A DNA stretch of 64,000 nucleotides. Source: Eledone cirrhosa. Its lineage: Eukaryota. Below, in pieces: positions 14,135-28,763 of this stretch. The stretch lies in NCBI GenBank assembly GCA_964016885.1, contig OZ024740.1, positions 289,664,001 through 289,728,000 on the forward strand, read 5' to 3'. The position numbers and the translations under genes were made by a program. The notes under the pieces are model-generated. The model ran no database searches. It was not told the origin of the DNA and saw only the letters and a program-made list of their open reading frames with translations. Each line of letters begins with the position of its first letter. Within the stretch, counting starts at the first letter, position 1.

Positions 14135-14135
<1 letters not shown>
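13700..14135 (-). mobile_element. Solo diverged monomer of the 631-bp hammerhead repeat family
   Basis: Reverse complement aligns by eye to the 42771-45077 unit; TA repeats on both sides. Confidence 0.75.
13936..14016 (-). ncRNA. Type I hammerhead ribozyme
   Basis: gctcta-CTGATGA-acg..cgt-GAAA-tagtct..agacta-TA-tagagc; compensatory changes relative to the array copies. Confidence 0.85.
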
Positions 14136-14165
<30 letters not shown>

Positions 14166-14767
14166 AAAGAAATCAAAGAACACTTACATACTCAAACGGT
14201 TTTTATTTGCGTATGTAAGCGTTCTCTGATTTCTTTTACATATAACGGCTCTGTTCTAGTACAATGAGCTTATACAATACTGTTAAAATACGACACGGTA
14301 CATGTGTGTTTATGCATATATATATATATATATGAACTTGTTTTGCAAGGTTTTTGATATGGAATCGTGTGTCGAAACAAATATTGTTATACTTGGGGAG
14401 GGTCATATTGTTGTAATATTGCCAGAAATAATAACAGAACATACTCACTGTTTGGTTGGTTTTCGCTTCTGTATCTTTTATATCTCCATAGTTAATTCAT
14501 TTGGCAATCAATGTTTATAATTTATTGACCAACGGTTAAAAAATACAGATATGAATATATCAAAGGTATATATTGAATTAGAAACTCAAAATAGTCTCTT
14601 ACAATAAAATAGCTCTAGGAAGGAGATTTTTCCGAGCCGTATATTATAATTGAATATAAAAGAGAGAGAAACACAGATATATATATATCTGTGGAAACAC
14701 AGATATATACATATATGTGTTCAAATATATCAAAGGTATTTCTTGAGTTAGAAACTATGAATATATA

Positions 14768-15655
14768 CGAGGTGGGTCAGAAAAGTTCCAGCACTGATGT
14801 CACAAAAGATTGATTTCAAACCCAAACTTCACACTAAGAGTTTTCTCCTTCAAGGTAATCCCCCTTGAGTATGTAACTCTAATCTTAGCTCTCTGCAGCG
14901 ATCAAACATTTTTCTTCATAATTTTATATACATGTCCTCTGTTTCAGGTCGTGAAGCAATGAGCACAGAGCAACGAACGTTTGGGAAAACTCCGTCAGAA
15001 GCACTGGGATTGCTGCAGCAAGTGCCTGGAGATGAGACGATGTCACGCTCGCGTGTTTTTGAGTGGTGCAGGAGGTTTAAAGAAGGACAGGAGGACGCGG
15101 AAGATAACCCCCAGGAGCGGAAGGCCCTCAACAACCAGGACTGAGGTCAACGTTGAGCGCGTCAGGCAGATGGTGCGTAGCGATCATCGGCTGACTGTTT
15201 GACTGATGGCAAATGAACTGGGCATGAATCGGGACAAGATTCTTACTGAAGATTTGGACATGCGGAAAGTCTGCGCGAAGATGGTGCCAAAACTGCTGAA
15301 CGATGACCAGAAGGGTCGACACATGCAAGTGTGCCAGGTCATCCTCGAGCGTCTTGAAACCGAACCAGACTTGCTAGGGACAGTCATCACTGGTGATGAG
15401 TCATGGATGCTCAAGAGGGTCATCAAGGGGACTCGTTTTGAAGACGTGGACGACATCAAAAAGGCCCAGACGACGGAACTGCGGAGAATCCCGGAAGAAT
15501 CCTTCCAGGAGTGCATGCAAGCGTGGCAGAAAAGGATGGAAAAGTGCATTAGACTCCAGGGGGATTACTTTGAAGGAGAAAACCCTTAGTGTGAAGTTTG
15601 CGTTTGAAATAAATCTTTTGTGACATCAGTCCTGGAACTTTTCTGACACACCTCG
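14768..15655 (+). mobile_element. Internally deleted mariner (Tc1/mariner) transposon
   Basis: About 97-bp TIRs cgaggtgggtcagaaaagttcc..., TA flanks; transposase fragments MSRSRVFEWCRRFK, RSGRPST, VITGDESW, GDYFEG. Confidence 0.92.
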
Positions 15656-15769
15656 TATATATAGTCTACCAAAGTTCTTTCGTCACACATCGGTGACATC
15701 ATCAATGGTACTATTATGTTTCCTCCTATTGTATTATAAAGTCTACGCCATTTATTTAATATATATATA

Positions 15770-17260
15770 TACATGATAGGTGAAACCAGATTTCAAGTAA
15801 TGTCAACCCTTGACACATAAGCATGACGTGGCTTTTGTAGTCCTGCTCGGGACTTGCCTATGGCCAGCAATGCCATGCATCGCACAAAATGTCACATATC
15901 AAGCGATGCCTATGCTTGAATCTTTTTTTAAGTGAGGAAAAGCTTTGCACGTGGTCAATCCCACTCTCTGAACATCGAATGCATTTATCCAAAATGTAGA
16001 ACTGCTCTACATCATTGGATGCAAATGAAGTTGCAGGTTTTATATCAGAGTGATCTTCTCATAGAGAGATGTCTTAATGAAAACTAGTAGTCTTTCGCTG
16101 AAAGAAAAAAAAAGAAAAAAAATATTGGCGGGCCGTTGACTCTCCTGAGTTTCTCCGCCCTTTGACAGGTTTTGTTTTTCATCCCGCATGATGTCCAAAT
16201 TCACCTGACATATATACATACATGGTGGCTGCCAACTCGTTTTCGAGTACGGCCACTACTTTATATCCATGTAGGAGAACTCCTACCGATGCGCTGAACA
16301 AGTGTGACTTTTTAGTCCAGCCAGTGACTTGAAAACTCTGGTACAAACACTACACGTGTGACAATTATTGACACATAGTGCCGGGCCCATGGTACCATGT
16401 GGCGACAAGTGCAGAGAGATCTCCAGATATAAAGCAATGCCTGTGCCGTGAAGCTTTTATAGTGAGCAAAGGCACTGCACAAAGCCAGTCCCACTCACTT
16501 AACCAAGATGATATTTACCAAAAAGAAGAACAAGTCAACATCATTGGATACCATCAGGGTTGCAGGTGTTATAACAGAGTTTTCCTTCTCCTAGAATTCT
16601 GCCTTGACAAAGGCTAAGGGGTCATCTCTCACGTATATACATACATATATACATATATACATACATAGATGGCAGACCCCTCATTATCGAGTATGGCGAT
16701 TGCACGATATAACATTTTTATCAATTATCAATTAATGCTATCGCGCAATGCTTGTGCGTGAAGATTTCTTTTAAAGTGAGGAAAGACTGTGCACTGAGCT
16801 AATCCCACTCTCTGAGCGACAGTAGTTATAACCCGAAAAGAGGAAAAAATCAACCCCATCGGTAACTACTGAGCCGCAGGTTTTATGTCGGAGTTATCCC
16901 AGTTTCCTGAGTTGCCTTCTCCTAGAAGAATGCCCTGACAAAGGCTAGGGGTCCTTCACTCCCAGTGGCTTAACTGCCCGATATGTATCCAGCCTGATTA
17001 CTTCTATGTCCCCGCGCATATACATACACATGCATACATGTATATACATATATACATATATAAACATAAATACACATGTATACATGTATATACATATTTA
17101 CACATTTTTGGATGGCCGTCGAGTTTTTCCGCCCTTTGTCAGGTTTTGTTTTTTGTCCTGTAGGGTGTCTAAAATCACCCTCCTCATACAAAGTTATGAT
17201 GTTACGGGCGGATTCAGGCAGTTTTGGTTACAGATGGGAAAGTCACATTGACTAGTGTAG
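15770..17260 (-). mobile_element. Stack of same-orientation RTE-derived non-autonomous elements in TACA/TA repeats
   Basis: 16222-16630 matches 52780-53190 and 53380-53790 (reverse complement); 16668-16970 matches 13105-13410; 5' parts at 16125-16208 and 17110-17190. Confidence 0.6.
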
Positions 17261-17585
17261 CTCTAGATTTATTATGACTATTTAAAAGAAGGGACCGTGA
17301 CAGTTTTAATCGTAAGAGTGATCGTCGTTTTGGGGTGCCCTGATATTTTTCGACAATCTGTGCCACTTTTGGAGACGTGTGATAAATCAATATATTTATA
17401 TTCTCTTTTGCAACAAAGTATCTTTGTGTAAAAAGGTTACTTATCTATATAGGTTTTTGACCCAAATCACATTTGTTATACAGTCTAAAACGTTTAGTGC
17501 AAATAAAATTTATAAACATACATAACATTTTATGAATTCGCTCCATACACACACATATATACATATACACACTAACGTACACACA

Positions 17586-17653
<68 letters not shown>

Positions 17654-17755
17654 CATGCATGCAAAACGTAAACTGAAATAACAAATATATATATATATGT
17701 ATATGCATATATCTCTCGCTCTCCCTCTCTCTTTCTCTCTTCCTCTCTCTCTCTC

Positions 17756-17800
<45 letters not shown>

Positions 17801-17839
17801 TCATACAAACACGCTCACGCTCACACGCACACATTATGT

Positions 17840-18021
17840 ATGGTGGATTGGCAGTATCGGTAGAGGGTTGGACGCCATGCTTTCCAGCATAGTTACGTCC
17901 CTTTACGGTTTGAGTTCAAATTCCGCCGAGGTTAACTTTGCCTTTCATCCTTACGGGGTCGATAAAATAAAGTACCAGTAATGTACTGGGTAATTGCTGG
18001 CCTTGTGCCTAAAGTAGAAAC

Positions 18022-18027
<6 letters not shown>
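17840..18027 (+). mobile_element. SINE family A
   Basis: Full-length match to 46980-47164. Confidence 0.85.
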
Positions 18028-18049
<22 letters not shown>

Positions 18050-18052
<3 letters not shown>

Positions 18053-18245
18053 ACGAAGGAAATGTGGTAAGGAACCAGGTGGACCATAACGCACCAAAGT
18101 ACTCAATACTTAGGGTAGTAGAGTGGGTAATAGGAACGAGTAGGACCCCGACGGCTGAGCTCAAGCCGTTTCGACGGCTAATTCTGGACTGTCCAGAATT
18201 AGCCGTCGAAACGGCTTGAGCTCAGCCGTCGGGGTCCTACTCGTT

Positions 18246-18250
<5 letters not shown>
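18050..18250. mobile_element. Penelope-type pLTR fragment with perfect 60-bp-arm fold-back palindrome (18130-18250)
   Basis: Arms centred on ggac-t-gtcc; sequence matches the pLTR of 20016-22134. Confidence 0.8.
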
Positions 18251-18285
<35 letters not shown>

Positions 18286-18520
18286 TGCTGCCCCCTCGTT
18301 ATCGAGTATGGCCATTGCACGATATACCATTATCAATAATTAGTAATAAATTCTATCGTGCAATGCCTGTGCGTGAAGATGTTTATTAAAGTGAGGAAAG
18401 ACTGTGCACTGAGCCAATCCCACTCTCTGAGAGACAGTAGCTATAACCCGAAAATAAGAAAAGATCAACATCATCGGTAACTACTAAGCCGCAGGTTTTA
18501 TATCGGAGTTATCCCAGTTT

Positions 18521-18562
<42 letters not shown>

Positions 18563-18620
18563 TAAAAGAGAAAACACAGGTAAGCATTAAGAGAAGGATT
18601 TTATCCAGGTATTTACGACC

Positions 18621-18718
<98 letters not shown>

Positions 18719-19196
18719 CTGTCGAAAATCGAACACATCTGTTTATGCATATGTGCGCTGTTTATGTACGATAGGAAACCGGAATCCTTGAAATAATCTC
18801 GGGTGTGGCCACACCATCAGATTTCAATTAATGAGATCTTAATCATGTTTGGGCTGAAAAAAACAATTATTTGATGACCACACACACACACACACACACA
18901 CATGTGACATAGACACACTTAGATACTAGTTATATTACACAGATATAAACAGAAACTATAGTTAAGCTATCATCGTATTCTACATGTCCACTCATGTAGA
19001 AATCCGTTAAACGAGTGCACTGCAAATAAAGCAAACGTTTGTTTACATGTTTTATTATTGTTTTTATAATTGAATTTTGTGTGATGCCCCTTTTGTCAAT
19101 AGAGAAACCATCCTCGTGATGATGATGATGATCATGATGATGATGATGATGATCATCATCATCATCATCAGCTTCGTCATCGTCACCGTCATCATC

Positions 19197-19236
<40 letters not shown>

Positions 19237-19496
19237 TCATAATCATCATTTCATTTCTCACTCTTAGTACGGCTGTTACTTAAATATAAGTATGTATACG
19301 TACATACATATATGTATACAGACGTACAGATGTATATATGTATATATATACATACATGCACACATATATATATATGTACGTATGGATTCACCGAACATTT
19401 ATTATAATGCTCGGTGAGTTTGTAAACAAACATCCCATATTAAGCCGCAGTGTCCAGCAACCATCGTTGCTCGTTTGTTCAACACTGACAAAGGAA

Positions 19497-19537
19497 CGCT
19501 GTACTAGTTTCAAGCTTATTAGCTATCCTCAGCAACA
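19497..19537 (-). ncRNA. Minimal type I hammerhead (palindromic stem III actagt)
   Basis: gttg-CTGAGGA-tagct..agctt-GAAA-ctag-TA-cagcg; inverted partner of 19710-19750. Confidence 0.7.
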
Positions 19538-19709
19538 AGTAACAGTCGTTAGAGTGAGAAATGAAATTTCGTTTCATTTTTTCCGTTTATCGTTTTCGGT
19601 ACCCCGGCCGATTAACCCACTCGATATGCAAATTAGGATACTCAGCCGTTAATATGCATAAGGAAAGTATATACTTAACAGACGTTCAACCATCTGGCAG
19701 GAAGGTATA

Positions 19710-19750
19710 CGTTGCTGACGATAGCTAATAAGCTTGAAACTAGTACAGCG
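19710..19750 (+). ncRNA. Minimal type I hammerhead (palindromic stem III actagt)
   Basis: cgttg-CTGACGA-tagctaataagctt-GAAA-ctag-TA-cagcg. Confidence 0.8.
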
Positions 19751-19972
19751 TTCCTTTGTCAGTGTTGAACAAATGAGCAACGATGGTTGCTAGACACTGT
19801 ACGGTTTAATTCGGGATGTTTGTTTACACTTTGCCCATATGAGTCTGTGAGTATTGATTTATTATTTTCTAGATCGTACAGGCAGACCTTATGTTGTTGA
19901 ATTAAGATTTTTCACTCTAGCGATCTTATTAGTCAATTGCAACTATAACATGTAAATGTTCATCAAATATTA

Positions 19973-20015
<43 letters not shown>

Positions 20016-20017
<2 letters not shown>

Positions 20018-22132
20018 AGATTGTACCGAGACGATGGGCTCCTTACTCTCAAAGGGTACAACCCCAGTAGTACAGACCGGGTCCGTAAACAATTTATCAA
20101 CTTTTTCCAGGCCTGGGGATTTAAAATCACCCTACAAACTTCCCTAACCCGAATAAATTTCCTGGACGTTACCCTCACCCTCGAAAATGATTTGTACTAC
20201 CCATACAGGAAACCAAACGACAACCTGTACTATATCCACCGCCGCTCTAACCACCCTAGAAATATCACCAATAATCTGGTTAAAAACATTTCCCTCCGCA
20301 TTTCGTGTTTGTCCGCTAATGAGCAGATATTTGACGAACATGCGCCTCATTACAACCAGGCCCTCAACTTGAGTGGCTTCCATGAGGAAATATCCTTTTA
20401 TCCAGCTTCCCTGAGCGGAACCAGCGGGTGACGCCGCCGCTCACGCCACGTAACGTGGTTCAATCCTCCCCACAATGCCGAGGTAGCAACACCTATCGGG
20501 AAAATCCTCTTTAGGCTCCTCGAAAAACACTTTCCCCCGCAACACCGCTACCACACCATAATCAACAAAAACACTATCAAGCTATCCTACAGCACCACAC
20601 CTAACTTCGCACAAAACATCGTCTCCTCAAACAACAAAAAACTCAACCCCTATGGAAGAAACAACCTAGAAATTAGTGGAGAGCCGACCAGGAGTTGTAA
20701 CTGCCCTGATAGATCTACGTACCCCCTCAAAAACAGATGCCGAGAACGTAACGTGATCTACCAGTGCAACATGAGGACGGACATCTCCAACAAAGCTTAT
20801 ATAGGATTAACCGCTTTAAGACCCGGCTCTACCAACACCGACATACGTTCCGAAACCGGGTTCGGTGACATGCCACCACACTTTCGGGCCATATCTGGGA
20901 CCTCCAAGGTAATAATATAACTTACCATCTTACTTGGAGCTTACTGTCCAGAGCTAACTCTTACACGGGAGGGCGCCGTCCGTGTAACTTATGCTCGGAG
21001 GAAACATCACAATTGCTGTTTACGAAGGATCAACTCCTAAACAAAAAAGACGAACTGGTAACTGCATGCAAACACAGATTGCAGAAGACTTACCGCGCCG
21101 TCAAACCCCCTAACGATCCGGGTGGGTAGACAAGGGCTGAAACACCCCACTTGCCGAATAAGATAGGGAAAACCCCAACTTATATAGGTAGATGTACCTC
21201 CTCTCTTTTCCTCTATGTTTTCTTCTTCCCTTTGTCTCCTCCTATCACTTCTTTCCGCCACCGATCTTCTTCCTCGTTCGTTTCTTTGTTTTTTTTCCCC
21301 TTTCGCCTACCTCGAGGAAGCCCATCGGGCCTCTTTAGCCTCAGTGCCCCCACCCCAGTAACTTATAGATAGCATTGGCCGATTACGCTATACTAACTAA
21401 TCATAGCAGCTGTGTTAGACCCCAGAGATGTGGTATTAATTTTTAATACCCAATTCTAAATTTTCAATAATTCTCATCTAGCAACCCATTCTATAGCATT
21501 GGCCGAAAAAGCAGCTGTGTTAGACTAAATATAGCAGCTGTGTTAGACTCCTTAGTTTTTGTTTCATTTCACTTCTCACTTTCCAATCTTACATTCTGAT
21601 ATATCTTTCTCTCATTTTTTATTATATTCTTTTTTTATTATATTTTTTCATTGTCCCCTAATCACATTTAATTTACCAATTCTATAACGTCCCTCCTCCT
21701 TTTTTCTAAAGAAACCTTTTTTCGCCTACCTCCTCTGGCCTACTTTCATACACATTCCTTAGAATTTGCCGTGTAGATTTCACCTTCAACGCTTGACCGG
21801 CTCTACCCACTCCCCCATCGTTCTACAGGCAAGTTCAGCCACCCCCACTCCGCACCTACTGCCATGATAGACTTTTCTGTGTCTGCTACAAATTATGACC
21901 AATCCTCTTGACAACTACAATCTTCCCATATAAGGAAGTACCCCTTGAAAAATTGGGCTATTTATTTACCAGACTAAAAAAACTCTTACTTTAGTCCAGA
22001 AATAGCCGTCGAGACGGCTTGAGCTCTGCCGTCGGGGTCATACTTTCTCCTATTACCCACTCTACTACCCTAAGTATGGAGTACTCTGGTGCGTTATGGT
22101 CCATTTGGTGGTTCCTTACCACAACTCCTTCG

Positions 22133-22134
<2 letters not shown>
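20016..22134 (+). mobile_element. 5'-truncated Penelope-like element (RT C-terminal part + GIY-YIG endonuclease + pLTR), disrupted
   Basis: LYRDDGLL, INFLDVTL, YRKPND..YIHRRSNHP, VTWFNPP, SCNC, NVIYQC..AYIGLT; in-frame stops; flanked by (TA)n. Confidence 0.9.
21940..22038 (+). ncRNA. Hammerhead U3:A8 variant in Penelope pLTR (GAAA mutated to GAGA)
   Basis: acccc-TTGAAAA-..ggctattt[gactaaa/tttagtc]aaatagcc..-GAGA-cggc..gccg-TC-ggggt. Confidence 0.65.
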
Positions 22135-22170
<36 letters not shown>

Positions 22171-22272
22171 CTGCTCTGCTTATACGCATAGAGCTTAACT
22201 AGCTACCGTCACATATTTGGTAGGACAGACGTGATCATCGCGATTCACATACGACCTACCATACATCTTGCT

Positions 22273-22410
<138 letters not shown>

Positions 22411-22505
22411 TTATACTCTACTATTCATTGAGTACCTAACTGTGATTACCCTCGATTGAACCCGGGATACACACACACACACATATATATATATATATTT
22501 ATATA

Positions 22506-22790
22506 TACAATATATTAATAAATGGAAACTATATTTATAAAACCATATTTATTTCATTATACATATTTCAAGGACACCAAATGCGACCATGTCTGTTGGA
22601 AGCTCCCGGGAGCTTCCAACAGACATGGTCGCATTCTTTTAAGGGTATGTCAATATTTGTTTATAAAACTGATCTATATTATATTTTATCTGATGAAAGC
22701 GCATCATAATTTGCTTTGGTGTCCTTGAAATATGTATAATGAAATAAATATGGTTTTATAAATATAGTTTCCATTTATTAATATATTGTA
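22506..22790. repeat. Nested inverted repeat: ~75-bp outer arms plus a perfect 56-bp palindrome (22580-22635)
   Basis: Directly visible; a degenerate CTGATGA...GAAA motif overlaps the right arm. Confidence 0.85.
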
Positions 22791-22859
22791 TTTTTACTCC
22801 AAAAATTTGTTGAGTGCTTTATATCAGTTGTATCGCAACAAATTAAATATCACTTCTAC

Positions 22860-22952
<93 letters not shown>

Positions 22953-23390
22953 TAATTATATATATAATATATATATATATGCAATGTACGCCCCTTTTTA
23001 CACGGCTCATTCTCCAATTTTAACTTACAATTTGATAAGTTGACGAACCTAGTTTCACCAGTACTGAAATAGGCTGAGATTTGATCATTTATAACAGCTT
23101 TGATAATTTATAACAGCTTTGTAGACAGCAAGTAGAGGAATAATATCAATTAGATCGTAGAGTTTCCAATAAACATTGAAATCCCAATAACTTACGGCAC
23201 TAATTTCATGTTTTGGTGTAGATATTTCCGTTTTGCTGCGAGTCTAAACATATACGAAGTTTACATAAATAATATAAGCATTAAATGGGTCTCCCCTTAC
23301 ATATTAATACATGCAAGCACACACAGATTCTCAGACGCCCACACACACGTATGTATGTATATACATACAAAATTAGAATGCTTACACATA

Positions 23391-23489
23391 CAAGGTGTCC
23401 TCCAAAAATGTATACACACTTCAACAGCATTCTAATAAATATTGCCTGCACAGGTAATCAAAGTGTGTATACATTTTTGGAACACCCTG
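23391..23489. mobile_element. Tc1/mariner-type MITE, copy 2
   Basis: Matches 36-126; TA flanks. Confidence 0.75.
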
Positions 23490-23507
23490 TATATATATAT
23501 ATATATA

Positions 23508-24103
23508 TATGTTCAGAGCCATCCTCAGCATTCTCGTGTAGCACCCATCCACCACCTGAGTTAGTTTCTTGGTCAGTGTCCAAGTCTGAGACCCGTACAG
23601 CAGCACAGACTCCACTACAGCAACGAAGAGGTGGATCTTCAGGTCTTTACAAAGGTCCGACTTCCACACCGATCTCAAGCTGTGGCAAGCCGCCCAGGTT
23701 TTGCGCTTCCTCTCGATCACGTCATCTTGCATAGTCCCAATCTTTGTTCCCAAATACAGGAAGTCCTCAACCAATTCTAGCGGCTTCCCGCCTACATTAG
23801 TAATCTTCTCTGGCTTCTTAATATTCTCTACCAGATATTTCGTCTTAATCTCAAAAGTGACACTGGGGACACTGAGGTTAGCGAGACATGCTCACCAACA
23901 CCCAGAGTGTGACACTGCACTCAGTGCTCCTGTGGGATCCCCTGCATGGACAGACTGGAGGAGGAAGACCGAGCTTAACATATGTTGAAGCCCTAAGGAC
24001 AGATACTGGTCTCTTGGAGATGCAGGACATGGCAGCGATAATGAGGGACAGAGACTGCTGGAGAGAACTCGCCCATGGATCTCGGGAATTTTACCCGCCT
24101 TAG
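23508..24103 (+). mobile_element. RTE-clade LINE 3' fragment with inverted 5' portion (23508-23850 on minus)
   Basis: Minus: VEDFLYLG..ESVLLYGSQTWTL..RMLRMALNI; plus: LRLARHAH..LLWDP..GRPSLTY. Confidence 0.8.
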
Positions 24104-24217
<114 letters not shown>

Positions 24218-24236
24218 TATTATTTATTATTATTAT

Positions 24237-24286
<50 letters not shown>

Positions 24287-24304
24287 ATTATTTATTATTA
24301 TTAT

Positions 24305-24356
<52 letters not shown>

Positions 24357-24493
24357 TAAAATAACAGATTAAAGTTTAAGCAAAGAATCGCAGATTTCAC
24401 CCTTAACGGGATCTTCCGCCCTAGATATATAGATATGTATATAAACTAATTTTGTATACATGTAAATGCGCACACACACACACACACTCTCTC

Positions 24494-24596
<103 letters not shown>

Positions 24597-24659
24597 CGTT
24601 AACCTAATACTCACACATTGTACTGTACTCTTCGTTATTGTTTTTGATTTTTGTTTTAA

Positions 24660-25210
<551 letters not shown>

Positions 25211-25239
25211 ATGTATACATCGCTATTTCAGACCACCAA

Positions 25240-25326
<87 letters not shown>

Positions 25327-25433
25327 ATAATAATAAATTTGAAGACTAAAATCCAAAGAGGGCTCGATAAGGATAAATATATATCAAATATATAAAAACC
25401 GTAGAGCAAATATTTATTAAAATAACAGATTAA

Positions 25434-25484
25434 AGTTTAATCAAAGAATCGCTGCTTTCACCCTTAACGGGATCTTCTGAAACT
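25434..25484 (-). ncRNA. Hammerhead A4-variant copy (stem III mismatch)
   Basis: Reverse complement of the 28663-28713 motif. Confidence 0.55.
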
Positions 25485-25900
25485 AACAAAGTCAATTTGT
25501 AAACGCAGAAGTGGATATTTCAAAAAACTTTGCAACCGGAGGAAGACAGGAAGACGATACTTTGGTTCGTGGAAACGTTCCCTGGCAAAGAACGGGAAAA
25601 AACGAATATAATACGTCATAAATAGGAGCGGTGAAAAACAATTACGCGCAAAGACAGAACCACGTTTATGGTATAAAAGAGGTCGTAGACTAATGTTCTC
25701 TTAAGTGGTTCATAGAGACGTTCTCTGGCAATGAACGAAAAAAACAAAGATAGTACGTCATATGTGGAGCGTGGAGAACAATTGCACGCAAAGACAAACC
25801 CACGTAAATGGCATAACTGAAGTCGTAGACTAAAATTCTAACTAGGAGGCCGAATGATCTCCGCTTCAGAGTTAAGAACAAAATAAATAAATACAATACA

Positions 25901-27696
25901 TCATCATCACCACTCGTCGACTACTGTCGAGATGATGGATCTCACTCTCATGCCCCAGAACCCCTGTCCCCCATCGCTGGCCCCAGGTCCTGTCTGCTGA
26001 TTCCCGTATCCCTAGAGATAACGTCAGGGAATGACAGCTTCCTACTCCTAGTCAGGCTGGAGTCAGGGTTCCAGAGCAAAAGAGCGGATATGATTTCATT
26101 GCTGGCACGGTGACAGTGGCCAGCAAATTGAGCTCTCCGGGATTTTAGAAGGGCAGAGGCTCGAGGGAGTTTGCCATAGATTTTAGACAAGGTGGGATGT
26201 CGTTTCCAGGATAGGTTTTGCACTCTCATTAAGAGGCGGGTATATGTGCCATCAAATCTCCTCTCAAGTTGTGATGTTAGTGTCTAAGTTTCGGATCCAT
26301 AAAGTAATATGGGCTTAATGGTTGCTTGGAATATTTCCAGTTTTAGCTTGTTGGTAAGTTGAGATGTCCATATGGCGTGAGTGTCATTGCACGCTGACCA
26401 TGCCATATCCGTCCTGGTTAGAAAATCTTTTTTGGAGGAGGAGATATATGAGCCAAGATACTTGTAATCTTCCACCTGCTTAAGGGTGGTACCATTAAGG
26501 GTTCTGATGGGGTAGTTTGGGCTGTTTGCATATCTGTTCACACACTCAGTCTTGGATTCGTTGAGGTACAGTCCAACACAGTTGGACGCTTGCTCTAATG
26601 ACTTCAAAAGACTCTCAGCATTTTCCAGTAACCGACTGATCAATGCGATGTCGTCAGCAAAGTCGGTGTCGGTCAAGTATTTAATGGGTAGCGTGAGCTT
26701 CTCCTAGGCTGTAGTTGGTATCCCCTATCCTGAATCCTATCCACAGACATGCGCAAAACATAATCCACAACAATGATAAATAGATACGGAGCAAGGGTAT
26801 CGCCCTGTAAAATTCCAGCGAGGATTGAGAAAGGTGGTGTTTCCCCATCTGGGGTCAGGACAGTTGATTTGGTATCTGTATACATTACACGTATGGCCGC
26901 GATGATTTTTATCAGGAATCCCATAGAGTTGTAGAATTTCAAACATCCCCGACTTGTCAACTGAGTCAAAGGCTTTTGAAAAATCAACAAAGATGAGTGC
27001 AAGGTCTAGATTGCGGTTTTGGGACTCCTCTATAAGTCGGCGAAGGCAGAGAATCTGGCTAAGTGTTGATCTACCTCTCCTAAATCCATTGTGGTTGTTA
27101 CGAAGGATTGGCTCAAGAAATGGGATTAAACGGTTAAGAAGAAGCTTGTTGTATATTTTTGCAGCAATTGCCATGAGAGAAATTCCTCTATAGTTGGTGG
27201 CTAAAGAAAGATCTCCTTTTTTGGGCATGGGGATAATTTGAGTTTGTCTTTGCGTGCTATTGTTCTCCACGCTCCACATGTGACGTACTATCTTCGTTTT
27301 TTTCGTTCATTGCCAGAAAACATTAGTCTACGACCTCTTTTATACCATAAACGTGGTTCTGTCTTTGCGCGTAATTGTTTTTCACCGCTCCTATTTATGA
27401 CGTATTATATTCGTTTTTTCCCGTTATTTGCCAGGGAACGTTTCCACGAACCAAACTATCAACTGCCATCCGTTCAGGTTTCAGAGCCTTTAGGAATCAA
27501 CACCTCTCCTTTTACCATGCCTGAGCTCAAAGAAGCGATCAAACAGCTAAAAGCCTCAAAAGCCTTTGGGCCGGATAATATACCTACCCTGATTTGGAAG
27601 GATGAGCATTTCCACATCCTTTTGCTCAACTTATGTAACCATACTTTCGAGACCAATAAACCACCTAGCGTCTGGCATGCAGCTCAAATTATCCCC
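25901..27696 (-). mobile_element. RTE-like LINE, 5'-truncated and 5'-inverted, 12-bp TSD
   Basis: RT motifs NYRGISL, GFRRGRST, FVDFSKAFDS, GILQGDTLAP, DFADD, YKYLGS; (GAT)n tail; TSD aaatacaataca at 25889-25900 and 27697-27708; inverted upstream part at 27455-27696. Confidence 0.9.
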
Positions 27697-28244
27697 AAAT
27701 ACAATACAACCATTACGGATAGTACGATCTATACGTGGATATTTTACGTCTTGATGTGGTAACTAAGTATATGTTTTGTTTATACCATTACTTATTTGCA
27801 TAGGTAAGTATATATTACCTGTATGTTTTGTGAAGGTTCGTATACTTTCACGTATGTATATTTGTTTTTATATGTTATGGCGTATAATTTTATATATTCT
27901 GGTACATATGGTTTGGTTATGTGTATACGGGAGTTTTGCGTCTGTGTGAGGATGCAGGTTCGTACGTATGTAGGGTGTGCGTATATGTGTACTTCGTGTT
28001 TTGGTTGACTTACGTCTCCGAACATTTGTGTATTTACATGTAGGTATGTGTGTGCGCTTGTTATATACGTATTTTATTTATATACGTTTATTTAATTATT
28101 TATTTATTTGTATACACGCACACACACACACACACACATATTTATATGTGCGTGGTTTTGTATACCTATGGTAAGTGTTTTCGCGTATGCTTGTGTATGT
28201 ACGTATTTGTATGCGTGTATGTATTTATTTAATTTCTATTACCT

Positions 28245-28724
28245 CTGTATTGTATTTATTTACTTTGTTCTTAACTCTGAAGCGGAGATTCATTCGGTCT
28301 CCTAGTTAGAATTTTAGTCTACGACTTCTGCTATACCATTTACGTGGGTTTGTCTTTGCGTGCAATTGTTCTCGACGTTCCACATCTGACGTACTATCTT
28401 CGTTTTTTTCGTTCATTGCCAGAGAACGTCTCTATGAACCACCTAAGAAAACATTAGTCTACGACCTCTTTTATACCATAAACGTGGTTCTGTCTTTGCG
28501 CGTAATTGTTTTTCTCCGCTCCTATTTATGACGTATTATATTCGTTTTTTCCCGTTCTTTGCCAGGGAACGTTTCCACGAATCAAAGTATCGTCTTCCTG
28601 TCTTCCTCCGGTTGCAACGTTTTTTGAAATATCCCCTTCTGCGTTTACAGATTGACTTTGTTAGTTTCAGAAGATCCCGTTAAGGGTGAAAGCAGCGATT
28701 CTTTGCTTAAACTTTAATCTGTTA

Positions 28725-28730
<6 letters not shown>
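28245..28730 (+). repeat. ~490-bp repeat, inverted copy of 25415-25900 (hammerhead-bearing Penelope-type pLTR family)
   Basis: Direct reverse-complement match. Confidence 0.85.
28663..28713 (+). ncRNA. Type I hammerhead, variant core CAGAAGA
   Basis: agttt-CAGAAGA-tccc..gggt-GAAA-gca..tgc-TT-aaact. Confidence 0.7.
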
Positions 28731-28763
<33 letters not shown>

